64,000 nucleotides of DNA from Gammaproteobacteria bacterium. Its GTDB lineage: Bacteria; Pseudomonadota; Gammaproteobacteria; Eutrophobiales; Eutrophobiaceae. Under the pieces are notes generated by a model. It worked only from the letters and a program-made list of their open reading frames with translations, was not told the origin of the DNA and did no database searches. Positions 61,110 through 64,000 of the stretch are shown here, in pieces. Each line of letters opens with the position of its first letter. The stretch's first letter is position 1. The DNA lies in NCBI GenBank assembly GCA_965222155.1, contig CBDCTH010000012.1, positions 544,001 to 608,000 on the forward strand, in the 5' to 3' direction. The position numbers and the translations under genes are program-made.

Positions 61110-61428
61110 TACTGCGAGACCAGACAATCCCTCCGGCAAGCAAGACCAATATTGTCTCAGGCTGGATGGGGGCATTCCTGTTCAGGTTGAAAATATTAAG
61201 AGCACTGTTATCAAAGATCTATGCAGTACCTGCAAGACCTAATAGAACTATAAAACTGTGGACAATGCTCCAGGCGATACTCTCGAACTGAGACATGCGC
61301 TTGGCAGGGTAGCTGACACGGTAGAACTGCATGGCGAGGAAGCCCGGCGTCAGATAGAGTAAGAGGCCTATGGCCTCATTAAATGGAATACTCACTACAG
61401 GAGCTTATTCTGAATAATTCAGAAATAA

Positions 61429-61611
61429 TCACTTATCGGTGCTAGTGTCAATGTTGTCAGTATTACTGGTTTGATTCGATTGTATTTGAGCAGGTTGTTC
61501 AGTTTCAAGAACTCTTAAAGCCGAGAACGGAGGCTCAGTATTAGGGGCTGGGTTAGTATGAGTGAATGATTTTTCAACTGTAACGTTACGAGACTTATTA
61601 TCATTTGACAT
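61429..61611 (-). CDS. Small hypothetical protein
   Basis: Strong GGAGG SD; followed by a truncated membrane-protein reading frame starting near 61395. Confidence 0.45.
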   Translation of the reverse strand: MSNDNKSRNVTVEKSFTHTNPAPNTEPPFSALRVLETEQPAQIQSNQTSNTDNIDTSTDK

Positions 61612-62038
61612 GCTGTGTCACCTCCGTATACTTTTTTATGATTGTGAACAAATTTAATTTATCCAACACTGAAATTATCGCCTGATGCTCGGAGGAACGT
61701 CAAGAGATTTTCACATCGGCCTGGCGCAGGGCAAAGGCGATCTGTTGCTCGGTAAACCTGGTTTTTTTCATGGCAAAATACTCTTCTTGGTTGTGTGATT
61801 TTGCCAGAAATCTCTAATTTAGATTGGTCCGGTTTATTGGGGGGAGGTCATCTCATGGTTCAATTTCCAAGGAAATATTTTGATCCAAATGCGGCCACAG
61901 GTCGGATGGAGTTCATAAGGTAAAATTCCGTATTGTTTGCCCTCCGTATTATAGAATAGTGGATCATTTGTTCTCACGGATTGAACATCATGATCCTGAG
62001 GCTATTCAATAGGTTCCGACTCTAAAATTACTCAGAAA

Positions 62039-62773
62039 TCACTTCTTTGCGGAGTTAAAGCGAACTAATTTCTCCCAATCAATTTTTCCGTCTTCTTTGC
62101 AATATGTGTCAGCGAATTCTTTGGTGAATTTATTGAGCATATTTGAATATGCTTCCATAAAAGCATCATTTTTTTCTTTGGCTTTGTATCCAAGCGGCTC
62201 AATGATTTCTGTGAATAATTCACTGTATCCGGATATAAATTCCCAGAATCGCTGGCCGCAATATTTGAAATAATCTCCTTTGTCAGGTCTATTGTCTCTT
62301 CCATAGCAACAGCCATTTACGGCAACAACGTTTAAATTTGAATTACTGGTTCTTAGTGCTTTTTTTGCAGTTCTGAAATCAGCTACCATTTTGTTGATTT
62401 GCGAACTATTACCCCAGTTTGGCCCTGATTTAATAGCAACAATGTATCTGATTTCGTTGCTGTCAAATTCAAGATCAATACCCGTGATACCTGATTTATA
62501 CCCGTCGTAGACTTTGTTATTGATAAATATGGCAAGTCCTTCCAGCCAATCGCCAAAAATAGTTTCCTCATTAGAAGAGATATGTGCGTCTGTCAGTCCT
62601 CTTACAATCTGTTCAGCAGTCAACACGTATTTGGCTTTAAAAAGATAGGGATTTTTTCGTCCAAGAACTTTCGACAGCTTCAGTTTGTCGAGGCTTTGAA
62701 TGCGTTTTTGATGAAATGTACCAATATTTTCTTCAACGTACTTTAATACATCATCAGGGTTCAGCTTTTTCAT
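62039..62773 (-). CDS. Type II restriction endonuclease (PmeII-like)
   Basis: RKNPYLF, SS.ET.FG..LE, GIDLEF, IKSGPNWGN; overlaps the MTase gene. Confidence 0.8.
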   Translation of the reverse strand: MKKLNPDDVLKYVEENIGTFHQKRIQSLDKLKLSKVLGRKNPYLFKAKYVLTAEQIVRGLTDAHISSNEETIFGDWLEGLAIFINNKVYDGYKSGITGIDLEFDSNEIRYIVAIKSGPNWGNSSQINKMVADFRTAKKALRTSNSNLNVVAVNGCCYGRDNRPDKGDYFKYCGQRFWEFISGYSELFTEIIEPLGYKAKEKNDAFMEAYSNMLNKFTKEFADTYCKEDGKIDWEKLVRFNSAKK

Positions 62774-63653
62774 ATTTTACAGTTGGTTCCAATAGATATA
62801 ATTCAGCAGGCCGCAATTCTTGTTTAACCATTTCGCAGTATTCCGGAACCACGTCAATACCGATTGAGTTCCGTCTCATTCTGTTCGCAACAATCAGTGT
62901 TGTACCCGACCCCATAAATGGGTCAAGAACCACTCCTTGTTCTTTAGTAAATAACTTGATAAACCACTCCGGTAATGCTTCAGGGAATGCAGCGCTATGG
63001 TTTTTGTTATTGCATTCGGTAGCCAAATGCAAAACATTTGTGGGATATGTTTTATCCCGGTTAAGCCAGTTTGAAACATTTTTACCAAATCCACTGCCCA
63101 CTTTCGAATTATCACGGGTCTTATCAGTTTCAGAAAGGTTTCTTAATCGTGTAGTCGCCCAGTCGCCAACAGGTACCATCACTTCTTCCTGATACATGTT
63201 GAATTTGCGATGTTTATTGAATTGAAGAAGTCGTTCCCAGGCGTCACGGAAACGATTCGGCCACTTTCCCGGATAGCAATTTTTCTTATGCCAGATAAGT
63301 TCTTCCGTCCATAACCAGCCCTGTTTGCGCATTCCCAGAATTAATTCGATTACGTAGGTACTACGTTCCCCTTTAACTGCCTTTTCCTTGATATTTAGAA
63401 TGAACGTCCCGGTAGGCTTGAGAACGCGTAAAAGTTGTTCTGATATAGGTAAAAACCATTCGACATAATCATCAGGATGAATACCTCCATAAGTATATCT
63501 CCGTTGATCAGCGTAAGGCGGTGATGTCACAATTAAGTCAACAGAATTCTCCGGAAGCAGTTTTAATTGCTCTTTGCTGTCACCCAGGTATATATCCGTA
63601 GTTATTTCCATTTCAAATCCCTTTTCAATTGATACAAGTCTGTTAATCATCAT
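62754..63653 (-). CDS. Site-specific DNA methyltransferase, beta class (likely N4-C)
   Basis: VTSPPY precedes DPFMGSGTT; H.A.FP; start possibly the M of MEITT. Confidence 0.92.
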   Translation of the reverse strand: MMINRLVSIEKGFEMEITTDIYLGDSKEQLKLLPENSVDLIVTSPPYADQRRYTYGGIHPDDYVEWFLPISEQLLRVLKPTGTFILNIKEKAVKGERSTYVIELILGMRKQGWLWTEELIWHKKNCYPGKWPNRFRDAWERLLQFNKHRKFNMYQEEVMVPVGDWATTRLRNLSETDKTRDNSKVGSGFGKNVSNWLNRDKTYPTNVLHLATECNNKNHSAAFPEALPEWFIKLFTKEQGVVLDPFMGSGTTLIVANRMRRNSIGIDVVPEYCEMVKQELRPAELYLLEPTVKYEKAEP

Positions 63654-63851
63654 TTAGTGAATTCGATATATTCTCACGTGAGACAGGAAAACATCCAATG
63701 CACTGTTTTTCTCCCTGAAGGAAGGTCCTCGATGTCGCCGACGAAAAATATAATGGACATAGCAGAAGTCCCAAATATATAGGCAGTTCCTGACAAGGAT
63801 TATGACATATTATTAGTGACCCTGTCCCCTTTTTTGCGAGTATTGGGAGTA

Positions 63852-64000
63852 TTGGGTCAGACCAGTCCAGCCTGACAGAACCTACTGAATAATAAAGGAA
63901 TACTGTAATAAAAGATGTGCTGTCCTACGCTTAGACTACGATTTTCATACGCCAAAACAGGACGTTAAGGAGGAAGTATCAGACGCCGCACTCGCAGACC
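63852..64000 (+). mobile_element. Diverged inverted relative of the 400-bp element (partial)
   Basis: GGGTCAGACCA...CTGACAGAACCTA...TGCTGTCCTACGCTTAGACT...AAAACAGGAC...AAGGAGGAAGTATC. Confidence 0.7.

Overview
Gammaproteobacterial-looking chromosomal window. 1-9.6 kb is mostly housekeeping (MMPL/RND transporter, hipBA, purN, pdxB, secF-secD-yajC). 12-42.4 kb is a ~30 kb type III CRISPR-Cas island: cas6; a CARF-winged-helix protein; a complete III-B (cmr) module with an embedded MNT-HEPN pair; Card1/Can2; a complete III-A (csm) module; two CARF-HEPN effectors; higBA; an unusual cas2-cas1-cas1'-cas2 module; and a 53-repeat array ending at a defective IS200. After this come decayed genes, a C1/sulfur cluster (NAD-linked formate dehydrogenase, mtoX, SCO-MauG fusion), an AT-rich ATPase, nested IS/group II intron/MITE debris and a type II R-M pair. 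The best candidates for undescribed biology are (i) a 12-bp palindrome (GGCAAGCTTGCC) at near-fixed spacing ahead of four cas transcription units, plausibly read by the CARF-wHTH protein, and (ii) a Cas1 paralog lacking visible catalytic motifs, paired with a second Cas2. All family calls come from motif recognition by eye; no searches were run.
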